DNA of 63,476 nucleotides, filler included, from Phoronis australis (lineage: Eukaryota > Animalia > Phoronida), in the NCBI GenBank assembly GCA_002633005.1. It is 8 parts of 8 records of this genome, joined end to end, with 100 filler letters (N's around TTAATTAATTAA, not from the genome) between each part and the next. Parts side by side here need not be neighbours in the genome. Positions count along the whole stretch, not along the records: positions 16,422 to 42,592 come from NMRA01001336.1; 7 more parts are not named here. One strand, 5' to 3'. The notes below the pieces were generated by a model. That model was not told the origin of the DNA and searched no databases. It worked only from the letters and a program-made list of their open reading frames with translations. Positions 24,884-36,872 of the stretch are shown in pieces. Every line of letters begins with the position of its first letter. The first letter of the stretch is position 1. The position numbers were made by a program, and so were the translations under genes.

Positions 24884-25050
24884 GTTTAGCTAGGGTAAAG
24901 CGTAATTGCTGAAAATCTCGTGGCATACAGGCTTGATTAAGATGTGCCATCGCCTATTATGAAACGTACTTGGATTTAAGCAGTGGCACATTCTGATATA
25001 CAATGTATGCTGGAGGATTTTTCTGCAAATAACATTACCCCTAGTTAAAC
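24884..25050. mobile_element. Degenerate small MITE
   Basis: Inverted ends GTTTAGCTAGGGTAA / TTACCCCTAGTTAAAC, with inner GTGCCA/TGGCAC symmetry. Confidence 0.45.
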
Positions 25051-25077
25051 TGTTCAAGTCATGCTGCTATACCAATT

Positions 25078-25877
25078 CAGTGTTCTCCACGGCCTGTTTT
25101 AACTCGACGCTGTAACGAGTTTGGATTTTGCTGCGACGAGTTTGGAAAATGCGCGTCGAGTTTAGAAAGTGCTGTGTCAGGTTTGAACTTTTGTCCTGGC
25201 TTGGTATTTCAGCCCTCAACCCTAAAGCAGTGCCTGATTAACCAACATCAAGCCCAAAGAACTTTAGAGGCAGTCAACACTATATGTATAACTTCGTAAG
25301 ACACTACAAAAGTTTAAATTATAATTAACAAAATCTGCAAAAAACTTTAAATAACAAACATTTCATGGAGTCACCTAGCTTGCTTAATTGAATGACTAAT
25401 CTACTTTGTCATTCTAACTTTAAAATTTTGCAAGTCAACCTATAAAAAAGCAATTTAATTTGCTTAATAAAGACAATTTTGATTTTGACTGACATCTAGT
25501 GGCAAGTTAGAACTTTATGAGCTTATTAAACTTGACAACAGGTGTCACTAAAAACTAGGTCACATCAGAACTCATGTTAGTAGTACTTAATATGTCTAAT
25601 TGATATTAAAATCGGCATTGGTATTATTAAAGGAACTTTGATCTTTTGTTTTCTGCTCTTGGTCTGTCAAATGCTTTGGAGAAATTATGAGATGCATTGG
25701 TAGGAAAGCTAAACTTTGAAGTGTCTAAGAAGTAGGTCACACCAGTGCAGTGTGCAGTTTTAAACCATATATAAATACCTCCAGCATGACCATGCTTATG
25801 GGTAGACACAAAACAATGTCAATAACTGACATTCAACATTTGCGTCGAGTTTGGAATTTATAATGTGGAGAACACTG
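25078..25877. mobile_element. hAT-like non-autonomous element with 5-bp TSD
   Basis: 13-bp TIR CAGTGTTCTCCAC / GTGGAGAACACTG; CAATT at 25073-25077 and 25878-25882; subterminal CGAGTTTGGA repeats at both ends. Confidence 0.8.
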
Positions 25878-26131
25878 CAATTGAGCATAGAGGGACATCT
25901 CGGAAACAGTGGATGTCCAAGAATTATGGAATACCAATGGAAAGTGACAACGGGATTCATTTATGATTAAGCCAATATTTTCTAGGCGAAAGGCTGTTTG
26001 TGTGTTTCTGTGCATTCTAAGTCTCGGGCAACGCCCAGCTTGGCAACACTTAGAGTCTTGTCATTTCATTGGGTTTCTGTCACCGTTACTAAGCTCGTTA
26101 TTTTGTTGCAGGTTCTTTATAAAAAATAAAA

Positions 26132-29100
26132 ATGAACGCTGAAAAGCTCAAAAAGTTGTCGGATCAAGTACGGGTTGGTGGAAAGGTAAGACTCCGGATT
26201 TAGTTCATTAGGACGTTTGAAAAGTAACTTGATTTGGCTGTTAATGTTTTGGAAATGGTTGATTGCATTCGTGTGGTTCTTTCATATACTTCACTTTTTT
26301 GTTCTCCACAACACTCTCAAAATTCATGTAGGTGTTTGAAAGTCTATATCCATAGTGAATGGTTTTGATGAAAAAGTTGTCAAAAGTTGCATGAAACTAC
26401 AGCGAAATGTTATTTTAGAAAACTGCAACAAATTATAATGCCACGTGTCTGTAAATAATGTGTTGTTGATCTGAATTACGTGCTGATTGTTAATCATTGC
26501 TTAAATAAGGATTGATGGATCTGAATGAATGTTTTACACAATGTTGTATTTGTTCTTGGAATTTGGCATTCATTGTTAACCCAATGTTACTTAAAATTTC
26601 TCACATCTGTTCCCTATTGCTTGGAGTAAACAAGTGGCTTAGTGTTGTAAAAATAACTGTGATTTTTGGGGATAGTGTTCACTTGTTTATTGGCCAACAT
26701 ACTCAGTATTTGCTGCAGTATTGGTCGTTGTATTGCCTGATTGTCTGTTTTGTTGTGAATTGTTCATCAAAAAGAGTCTTTAATAATGGGCACCGCACAA
26801 TGTGTTCAATTAGTTAAAGCCATTCATAAGACCTCGGTTCTTATTTATCACGCAACACCAGTGGCGAGATTTGTATCGGCGAGTCCACAGATTAGGAAAC
26901 TAAGTGACAAATTCTCTTTCGTCGATTTTCCAGGGTACTGCTCGCAGAAAAAAGAAGGTTATCCACAAAACAGCCACAACAGATGATAAAAAACTACAAA
27001 ATAGCCTTAAAAAGATTGGTGTCAATAACATACCTGGCATTGAAGAGGTAAGTAGTGATGAGAATGGAGTGGACTTCATTGCCTTCACAAAGACGGAGAG
27101 TTTCCAATATCCAGCCAGAAACGATGCACTGGGTCTGGTGTTAGTGGTGCCACCCCTACCGCTCTGCTATATTGGGGAATAATAACCCAAACTGCTGGAC
27201 ATGTAATGGGCTGTAACTTGGAAGTGTGTCGTGGTGGGAGTGGCAGCAGTGACATTAGGAATGGATTGATTGGTCGGGTGTGGTGTGCATTGCAAAATAG
27301 GCTTGATTGTACCAAAGGCTGACTTGCGGAGTGCAAGTAGGCAATGGCTTAGTGAACATATTGCACTCTGTTCACTGGCAATATGGGCTTTTTTGTACTG
27401 GGATAAGTTAGGATAGATGCAATTGCATTTTTTAGAGTTTTGACTGCTGAAGTAACCAACCTGTCAACATTAACGGGTCAAAAAATACCACCCATTTTAA
27501 ATGCATCATTTCTTACAGGAACGACCACCCGTAATTTGTGTTTTTTTCTGAAGACCACCACCCATGAATTTTTATTTCTACTGCCGTCCCCTCCCCCCTC
27601 CCACACGGATTTTACTGGAACAGCTCTGAAGTAGTTTTGGCTTGTTACTCTGAGAAATAGCTAAGTTTAGGCTGAAGGGATCGTCTGTGGGAAATGGTAA
27701 TTGTGCATTGCTACTTCCACTTACCAGGGCTTGAAATTTTCCGCGGAAACGCGGATTTCCGCTTTTTTCAAATGTGCTGTCCGCTTTTTTTATAATATTT
27801 CCGCGTAAAAAAATCGGATTTGATATAAAATTTCCGCGGCAAATTCCTTTCTTACCGTGGCGTTGCAAATGACGTTCACCTCGAAAAGCGGAAGTTGCTC
27901 TTTATGTTTCGGAGGAACTTAAATTGTCAACATTGCCGGGGCAACTGGGACAGCGTGGTGGGAATTTCAATGGCGTCTCGTGTTATTGTTGGGGTTGGGA
28001 GTGGACGGGCCAGCTCCCGATTTTTGTCGAGGAAAGGTTCGCATTAACCATTTCAAGGCTGGTTAGCGGGCATGATTTGGGCCGTAAAAGTTTCCGTGTT
28101 TTTTGTCATTGGTCATTCCAAGCCCTGACTTACGCTTGTGTCTGTCCTGGCTATTTTGGTCATGTCGTCATTGATCTAGGTCAGGGGTACTGCCCTTCAA
28201 ATTTGAAATGAGGACAGCGTACTGCTTTGTGTAATAGCAGTGGAAGTGGATACATCTTCAAGCTACGTTGATTGATGTAAAAATGCATTGATACATGTAG
28301 GTCTGCTGACTAATCAGAGACGATCGTATTCGTATGTTTTGTAACTTGTGTCGGTTGGTATCGCGTGTCAAGTGCTAATCTAAATATTGGCTCTTAATTG
28401 TGCTTAAACAAAAGTTTACCGTGTAACTGTAAAGTTGTTGGAAGGTAAGAAAGTGGCCAAGTGCCTACAGTTTTTATCGCTCAGTGTTAGTGTGCTTAGT
28501 ATTAAAGCCACTGGTTTTAAGCATCACGACTCACCACTGAAATCTGCATGATTTCGGGGAAAATCATGCAAAATTTGCTTTGCATGATCCAAGCAGGTCT
28601 AGTGGTACACTGTTATGGCATTGTACAGCTCCGTTTCAACTCATAAGTATCTGACACTTAAAAACTAGTTCGACCAAACAATGTTATTTCCTTCTCTGGA
28701 TGTGGAATACTTCTTTGATCTCAGTTCTGCCAAGGATTGGACCTGGTGATGCGTTCTTCATGACGTTAAGTGTTTTGGTAGATTGTGAGTAATCTTCGTG
28801 TTGGCTAAACTGTGTTGCTCTATTTCAGGCCAACATGATGAAAGATGATGGGTCAGTGATCCACTTCAACAATCCTAAAGTGCAAGCTTCACTTCAGTCA
28901 AACACATTTGCCATTTCTGGCCATGCAGAGACAAAACGTGAGTCGTAAAACTTAAACTCTGACCTACCAACGAGCAGAATTTAATGTCAGGCTGCGTTTT
29001 GAAATAATTGAATTTCACGTTTTTATAAGTAAGAAATTGTCTGGACATTTAGTATGGCTTGGAATTTTCCTCTTTTAAGAGGATTTCCTCTTTTTGATTT

Positions 29101-32100
29101 TGATTTNNGTTACCATTTAACTTTTCACAAACATCAAATTCATTTCTGTTTGCATATTAGCGAATATCAAAGTTTTAACCTATTTTAGCTAACCAAAGAT
29201 CAGTAATCACAACATGAATTACAAGGAAGCGCATGAACAGTTCGTGAGTAACCATGGTGGGACATCTGTTGGCGAGATTGCATTAGTCGTCTCTGTGGCT
29301 CCGATCACACTTCTACTGAGAAATGTTGTTCTGCACTCGGTATTTGCTCAGTCATTGGTGAAGAGGAAGTGGTATGTATATCATCAGCTGATTCCGATCT
29401 TTTCTTTTATCGTCACCTTAGTTATGTAAGCATTTCACTCTACTAATTTTTTCAGACCCCATGTATGAGCTTACTGTCTAAATATAGACTAAACCTGAGA
29501 GGCACCATTTCTAAAATCTATTGGTCTGTTAATACATCAACCTCTAGCTTATTGACATTAGTACGTTCAATGGTCGGTCATTCCTCCTGTCATCTTCAGG
29601 TATTTAACGTTTATAAACGAATGAGCTGGAGCATGTGGTACGCACATGGTGGTCATACTGTTAATGGAATTTGAACCATAGACGTTTTGGTTGTCAGTCC
29701 AGCGCTCTCACTTAAAGACCACTGTGTCTTTTAACTCTAAATCACCTGAAGATGATTGGTGAACTGACCGATCGAAACATGGTACCAATGCAGAGCTCAC
29801 CACTTAGCATAACATCATATTGCCAAGTGTGATCTGGCAAGATTGTCAGGTTGCTAAATAGGAAATGAACTCTTCAAAACTAGGAAATTCCATTAGCGGC
29901 ATTTTTTAGAAACAGTAAATCAGGGATGGGGGGTGTGCATAGTGATGGACATTTTCTCCCTCACTTGCCTAAGGAGAAGACAGACGATCAGAAGTCATTG
30001 TTTGTTCATGCATTATGCTTGGGCCCTGCCGGTTATTACAGGACAATTCCGACTACTGTCTGTTTGCTGGGATCCTGTTGTAGTTTGAGCACCTGTGGAT
30101 GTGTCCTGAGTGTGGTAGATTTTAATGATTTCACGAATAAATAAATGTAACATTGTGAACCAAAGTTATAAAATATTTGTATTTGCTAAAAATGTTATTT
30201 TTTTAAAGTATCTGACACTTAAAAACTAGTTCGACCAAACAATGTTATTTCCTTCTCTGGATGTGGAATACTTCTTTGATCTCAGTTCTGCCAAGGATTG
30301 GACCTGGTGATGCGTTCTTCATGACGTTAAGTGTTTTGGTAGATTGTGAGTAATCTTCGTGTTGGCTAAACTGTGTTGCTCTATTTCAGGCCAACATGAT
30401 GAAAGATGATGGGTCAGTGATCCACTTCAACAATCCTAAAGTGCAAGCTTCACTTCAGTCAAACACATTTGCCATTTCTGGCCATGCAGAGACAAAACGT
30501 GAGTCGTAAAACTTAAACTCTGACCTACCAACGAGCAGAATTTAATGTCAGGCTGCGTTTTGAAATAATTGAATTTCACGTTTTTATAAGTAAGAAATTG
30601 TCTGGACATTTAGTATGGCTTGGAATTTTCCTCTTTTAAGAGGATTTCCTCTTTTTGATTTTGATTTCAATTTCCTTTTATTTGATTCCAGTTACCTCTT
30701 TTGATCATTATTTTGACTTAATTTATGCAAAAAATGTTTATTTCAATTAAATTGTGCAGCACAAAAATTATTTCTATCACACAAGCCTATTTGTGGAATG
30801 ATACACCACCTGGAAATTTTTCCTCTTTTTTGTCCTTGATCATTCTAAGCCCTGTGTGTAGCTGTTTTCGTGAAACAGTTTTCAGAAACTGTTGAAGCAG
30901 ACTTGCTTATCTTTTTTCAACCTACTTATTGAAGAGAACGTTTTATCATTCAAAGTGCTTGAGTGTAGTAGAGTGTTTCTGTCAAGGTACACAAGTTTGT
31001 GTCTTCTGGCTTCATTAGTTCAGTGCCTCAGTCTTGAGAAAAGAGTTCTTGTAACTACTTGCGTAATACTGTACGTCGTTGCAGAAATGACCGATATGTT
31101 ACCAGGCATCCTCAGTCATTTGGGACCTGAAGGTCTGGCCAATCTCCGAAAACTGGCTGAAAGATTACCTGCCGGCAGAAGTAAGTCGACATTTCTCAGA
31201 CCGTTTGCTCAGTCCTAGACTGTCATATGTGTTAGAATGAATTGAAAGGATCCTAGACCCATTCATGGCGCTGTAAAACATAACGCTCTGTAACTGTTGT
31301 CAACCATCAGAAGTTAGGGGCAAATTTTAAAGCTTACAAGTCTGCTAATCTGGCATGCGAGAATTAAGCTTTAAGGCTAGTTACATGGCAGCAGTGGGGA
31401 AAGACCACCTACCAAGGACCATCATATCCATTCGGTTACTCAGTGAGAAACGGACTCAATGAGTAAGTGTTTTAGTTGAATCCTGCTTTGATCATTCAAT
31501 TGAGACTATGATGGTGTATTAGCACTGAGATTGGTTGAACTCACCCGATCAAGGTTTTATATCCTCTACTTAAACATTAAACATGATATCAGGAAATGGA
31601 CCAATTGACTTTGATAAACTGGTCTAAATATTTGTACTGTTGTGGCAGTGATTAATTCATACCATCAAAGAGAGCAAGACTGATGTGGAGCGGTCCAATG
31701 GTCAGCGCTGTCAAAACTGGTTGTTTATATGTAATTGTGCGAGGTGCAGGGAAGTTTGAACTGTACTTAATATTGAGGTTTAATGGCATGAGCACAGTTA
31801 TGCTTTTGAATTTTGGAAGTTGAACAAAAGTTGGGATCTTGTAAGCAACACAAGTGCCCGTGTGCGGTAAAATTTCGCCAAATAATTGCCCTAATTACTC
31901 TTTGTTCAAAGTTTAACGTGAATGTCCAGTTTTCCATATTTTCTGATGGTAGCTATGGTAACAGAACTTGAACTTGGTAAAGCGTTAATTTGATGCTTAG
32001 TGTCTTTTATCAAAATCATGTCCGCACCCAGCCATCAATATGTAAGGGGGGCTCGAATTCTTGGCCATGTGGACTTATCTCGTTTTCTCGGACTTTGTTT

Positions 32101-33731
32101 CTTTGAGGCGAACCTTTTTGCCCACTTCGCCAAATTGGGGGGAGGGTTCATTCAAGCCCCCCGAGCCCCCCTGTGTGCATGAAAATGAAGAAATAAAATT
32201 TCATTCATCCTAAACTGGTGAGATTCTACCTTGATGGCTGCTCTCTCATGAGTATATTCAAGGTCCCATTCCTGGTCAGGAATGTGCCATTGCCCAGTGG
32301 CAAACAACGTAAAGAGGTTTTTGACTTGGTGTCACACTCGTAACCATATATTCACTTAACTCGTTTAACTCTAAATTTGTAGTGGCATCGGAGGAGCTGA
32401 GCAACGCTGCGACGGAAGAAGTTGATGAAGACGACGACGTACCACGTGAGTATAACAAATGACCGCTCTGAGGTGATATTGACCAGAGTTCAGGTGTATT
32501 TGGACATCAGCACCATGGGGAGTGTTGATTGATTTAATGTAGCGATGGTCGCAGAAAATCGGGTTGTGTCGTAAGGCAAGTTAACACTTTTCGTTTTGCT
32601 ATGATTATACTGAAGCTCAGATGTTGTATTTGGGACATTCTCGGGGGTTTAATCATCAAAGACTACATTTTGGGGATCGTTGCCAATTCTCACTGTTGTT
32701 TGCCAGACTTTCGCTGAAATTTAGGCCAGTGCCTTTATGATCTAGATTCCCTTAAAATAGTGTGCAAGCTAACACGTCGAGAATATCCTTTCAATAACAT
32801 GCTTTGTTCTCTATTGTCTTGCTTTGAAGTTGGCCATTTTTGACCTACTGAAGTAGTGCTCAATGTAGCTAAGAATAATTTTTTTCTCCAATGTCTTCCC
32901 ATTATTTGTGATGGGTGGGGTTACACAGAAATTTTGCTGTGCAGTTCGGTTCAGGTTTCGAATATTTTGTTGAGCTGATTGCCACAAGGCAGCGCCCAGG
33001 CATCTTGAGGGTAGTAACGAGTGGCCAGTGAATTGGATGTCACAAATCCGCATTTTGGTTCATATGAATTCATGTGCGGCTGACAATGAATGTACATCAT
33101 TCATAGTATCATCTTTTGATCATTTATCAATGGTTATTTATAAAAAGATCACAATTGACATGAACCTTGCATGAAAAATTATATCAGCTGTTATTACAAA
33201 TTCTTTTAACCATTTTTATAATATACCACCCATGCCAAATGACGTATGGATTTCGCAAGCTATTAGTTAACTTGCAAGATCCATGCGATGGACATAAGCG
33301 TGTCGCATGGTTATTGTCTATGGGACGGTACCATTGTTTCCCTTTGTTGTGTCTTTGTTGGATATAACAATAGAGGTTGCATGGATATCATACTTTGGGT
33401 GCTCAGCAGCCGGATACCGATAAATGGTTACCATTGTCTTTATTATAAGAAAAACAAAGTGAACTATAGATACGCCTATCTACCGATATCTATGTGAGGA
33501 GCTTGCACCCTAGTTTCCGGTGAGCATTGATAAGAATTTGTGTTAAAATCAACCAAAATTGTCCGTTTGTGTTGACCATCCAAAGTTGTCCTCCTCTTGT
33601 TGTCAAAATATTCATGCACTGAACTGTATACGTTTACTGTTGTAGTAGGCAATTCGACAACTTATGCTTACATTTTGTTTTCAGAATTAATAGGCAACTT
33701 TGATGATGCGTCGAAGGGTGAAGTTAATTAA
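26132..33731 (+). CDS. BTF3: BTF3 / nascent polypeptide-associated complex beta, complete CDS
   Basis: Exons 26132-26185 ([18 protein letters not shown]), 26934-27047 ([38 protein letters not shown]), 28829-28937 or identical copy 30390-30498 ([36 protein letters not shown]), 31085-31180, 32383-32445 and 33685-33731 ([15 protein letters not shown]). All GT-AG and in frame; AATAAA at 34040. Confidence 0.96.
27048..27327 (+). ncRNA. Candidate long box C/D-type (sca/snoRNA-like) structured intronic RNA
   Basis: C box GTGATGA at 27055-27061, D box CTGA at 27319-27322, terminal stem GTAAG/CTTGC, and an internal 29-position ungapped stem (27134-27162 with 27231-27259; 20 Watson-Crick, 6 G-U, 3 mismatches). 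Confidence 0.35.
27342..27626. mobile_element. Truncated copy of the Harbinger-like MITE family
   Basis: Reverse-complement similarity to 34337-34612 and 41429-41712, ending in ...TTTTACTGGAACAGCTC. Confidence 0.8.
27725..28127. mobile_element. hAT-like MITE with 6-bp TSD
   Basis: Ends CAGGGCTTG...CAAGCCCTG; ACTTAC at 27719-27724 and 28128-28133. Related pieces at ~8655-8879, ~9242-9442 and ~60766-60796. Confidence 0.8.
29214..29371 (+). CDS. PIGW: First coding exon of a PIGW/GWT1 GPI inositol acyltransferase (isolated fragment)
   Basis: [53 protein letters not shown] resembles the PIG-W/Gwt1 N-terminus (KE-FVS-L/H-G-T/S-EI). Donor GTATGT at 29372; acceptor ttttag shortly upstream of the ATG. 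Confidence 0.75.
29561..29784. mobile_element. Penelope-type inverted minimal hammerhead-like motifs flanking a tRNA-derived SINE head
   Basis: CTGAAGA-T-GATTGGT-loop-ACCGATC-GAAAC at 29746-29778; degenerate inverted copy ending CATCTTCAGG at 29561-29600; B-box-like GGTTCAAATTCC on the minus strand at 29666-29677. Confidence 0.5.
30206..30667 (+). repeat. Apparently identical duplicate of BTF3 intron 2/exon 3/intron 3 segment 28645-29106
   Basis: 462 bp with no differences seen by eye; the first copy ends at nn (29107-29108). Confidence 0.92.
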
Positions 33732-34336
33732 TGGATAGTCCAAGCTCATAGCATGTGACCCATGAACTTTGAACTGAAGACAGTGCTGGGTCGTCAATGT
33801 CAATAGACCGACAGCTAAGTTATACAGACCTGGCATGAAGACAACCTGAAACGTGGAAGTCTGGCGGAATGGTCACCCCCATTTGTACATGCGAAAAACC
33901 TGTTAATAGTTTTTGTTTTGACTCTTTTTGTTTACATGGTTACGATAATGGGAGGGGACATAAATATAGAAAAATTGAAGTGTCTCTGTGTTTTTTTTTT
34001 CATTTCCGTGGAAGAGCTTTGCGGAGTTATATGAATAGAAATAAAGCATTCTGTGTTCGTTGAGGAAGATGGTGGACTTGAATCACTGAATTTTACAACT
34101 TAACTGTCAAGAGTATTGGAAAATGTCTAGATATCCAGTCACTATGTGAAAGTCAATTTCAATTTATTTAAATGTAATGCAGTTCTAATTAAAAGTCTAG
34201 AGCATGTAGCAAAAGTTCAAAGAAAGCTACCTGGCTGGTCTCAGATTAAAAAATGCAACTGACTATGGTGAACTGCAATGAAGCATCTATAAACCTACAT
34301 TGAAAAAAGTGGGATGAACATGGTTTATTTCTATCA

Positions 34337-35118
34337 GGGCTGTTCCAGTAAAATCCGTGGGGGGGGGCGGCAGTAGAAATAAAAATTCATGGGTGGTGGT
34401 CTTCAGAAAAAAACTCAAATTATGGGTGGTTGTTACTGCAAGAAGTGATGCATTAAAAATGTGTCGTATTTTTTGACCTGTTAATGTTGACAGGTTGGTT
34501 ACTTCAGCCATCCAAAGTCAGAAAAATGCAATTGGCATATATCTTAACTTATCCCAATACAAAAAAGCCCATGTTGTCAGTGAACAGAATGCAATATGTT
34601 CACTAAGCCATTAATCAAGTCATGGGCAACTTGATTTGAGCCAACTGTTTGCAGTCCTGCTGAATTGAAAAGTTATCCAACACTAAACTGGTGTTAACAC
34701 ATATAAGAAAATTTTTAAACAAAAAGTATGAGGAGTAAGATAAACAAGTTCCAATATTCACTTGACAGAGGTATAAAAGAGTTCATAGAGACAGTTTGAG
34801 ATTCATAGATCCTTGTAATTGAAATAATGTTCATTGAAATTATAGCCGCACGGTGAACAGAGACACCTGGTGGCTGCCAAAAGTATTGCTCACAGGCTAC
34901 TTTAGTTTTTGACAATATTGGACAAGACCACTAGTTCTTGTCTGTCAATCATCTATGTTCTTAACAGGTCCTCCTGGAGGCAATTTGCAAGTGTGTGATT
35001 TTATATTTTAACCTATTAAAAATAATTAAAAAATTATGGAGAAATAAATGAAAAGAATGGGCGATGGGTACAAAATATAAGTGCCTTCCCCCCCATACAG
35101 ATTTTGCTGGAACAGCCC
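34337..35118. mobile_element. PIF/Harbinger-like MITE, full length
   Basis: TIR GGGCTGTTCCAG(T/C)AAAATC at both ends; 3-bp TSD TCA at 34334-34336 and 35119-35121. Confidence 0.88.
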
Positions 35119-36872
35119 TCAATGGATGATGGCTAAGAAACGGAACCGACTTATTTCTAGTTTTAGTAATTCTCATTACTGTCCAAGGTGACATATTTAG
35201 CAAACGGATACAACAAAAGTTGCCAACCTATGAGATCAAAACACTGCATCATTATACGGTGGCCCCATTGATGGCAGTTTGAACTTAGCAGTCAGGAGTA
35301 CAAATTGCTTATCTAACAACAGTAAATCGACTCGGATGAAGTCTGTTTTGAATAACAGCATACATATGGATGAACCTTTATGCATACAATCGGCACCTAC
35401 TTGCACAACTTAAGTTGTGCATTTTGCTTGTTACTTGGTGACAATTTGTGCACCAGCAATATTTTGGTTCATTATATTGGATTGAATTCATTTAAATGGT
35501 ATATGGTTCATGGGAATTCACACCAACAGTCAATATCATAATTGAAGCAAGGTTAATCTTCAGTCGTGATCATTAATGATTTAAGTTTTCCATTAACGGT
35601 AATTGTAATCACTTATCATCGGGCTGATATGAATTAATATTGACCAAAACAGGATTGTAAATTGAGTTGACAACTTCTGACACTTAAGTATGTTTTTTAC
35701 GTCACATTGGATTTTATTGACGAAGTGTCATCCACTGCTATTGCATTCAGTGCAAGCCACAAGTATTCCACACAAAATGACCTGCAGTTCACCATCATGA
35801 TGTCTGGGAGGAAGCCAAACTCATCATCAGCGTAGAACCCAGAGGAAAGTTTATAGAATGGCTAAGCCATTTTGTAATTAGAATTTTGCTGCTCTTTAAC
35901 AGAATCGGCCATCATGACGGAGAAAAAATTTTGTCTTGAACTGTAAGTTGTCTGCAGTACGATGACCAAGAACATAGAATTAGATGCTCACAGCTGTCAC
36001 TAAGCATCTCGTCTTAAAAAATAGGTGAGTTGGACACAACTCCAGTCCCCAACCCAGACACAAGATTGTTAACTCAAATGTTCAGTTCCAAATCTTCTGA
36101 CACAGGCACTGACGTTTATGTACATGTGATATACATCACTGCCAAATGCGTTTATCTACAGTAAGGGACTGCAAAACACCAAAATGTAGTTGTACTTTTT
36201 CCTTCACAGCTCCAACAAGTTAAATGAGAAATTAGAATCCAGTATCCTGCTACCGAACCTTCATCAAGATTTCTAGGGTGCCCAAATGGACACCCCAAAT
36301 CGTATTTAGGGACCCTGGGGTCAGTTTCTCGATAAGTTTGTTGTGGTTTGTCTTTTGGCTTAGATTTTCTGACTTTTTCCTTAGCCTGATTTCGTGAAAC
36401 GAGCTCAACTATACGTAGACTGATTTTTAGCCAGATGTCAAGACAACGGCCTCCTGTTCAGCATTTAGACACCTAGTTGGATGCAAAAGTAAAGTATGTA
36501 ACTGTCTCTTTTAACTTGCCAGCAGCAGCTCTTTGGACTCATTGGCCTGTACAGAACAAGATAACAAACATAAGATAAACTATATTGTAGACCCAGTTCT
36601 CCACAGCACCATACCTTACGTACTCTAACAGCAGTTTGTCTTGGGGATCATACAAACACAGTCACACGTCATAGCTCATGGACGTACTGAGAAACTGGGG
36701 AAACCCATTTCTGGATGCCCTAATTTTGATTCCCTACACCCCACAGTCGGCGGTAATGCATGTGCTGGTGCTCTTCAGCATGCGCGCCCAGTTGCTACGC
36801 AGTCTGCCCTTTCTTGAGGGTGGAGTGTCAACGCAAGCCGCAGTAAGACTTGAAGCTGCAAGCACTGTTGAG

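Noticed and set aside
27183-27194. TAACCCAAACTG resembling a telomerase RNA template
   Set aside because: Mismatch within the template repeat, and no pseudoknot or H/ACA domain evident.
27327-27336. CGGAGTGCAA, complementary to U1 snRNA loop II as I recall the human sequence
   Set aside because: It is followed by GTAG rather than a D box and lies outside the candidate C/D unit; a 10-nt match can be chance.
35797-35848. SECIS-like ATGA...AAG...GA stem (TCTGGG/CCCAGA)
   Set aside because: The core register needs a bulge, it lies beyond the BTF3 polyA signal, and no UGA-containing ORF is on that strand.
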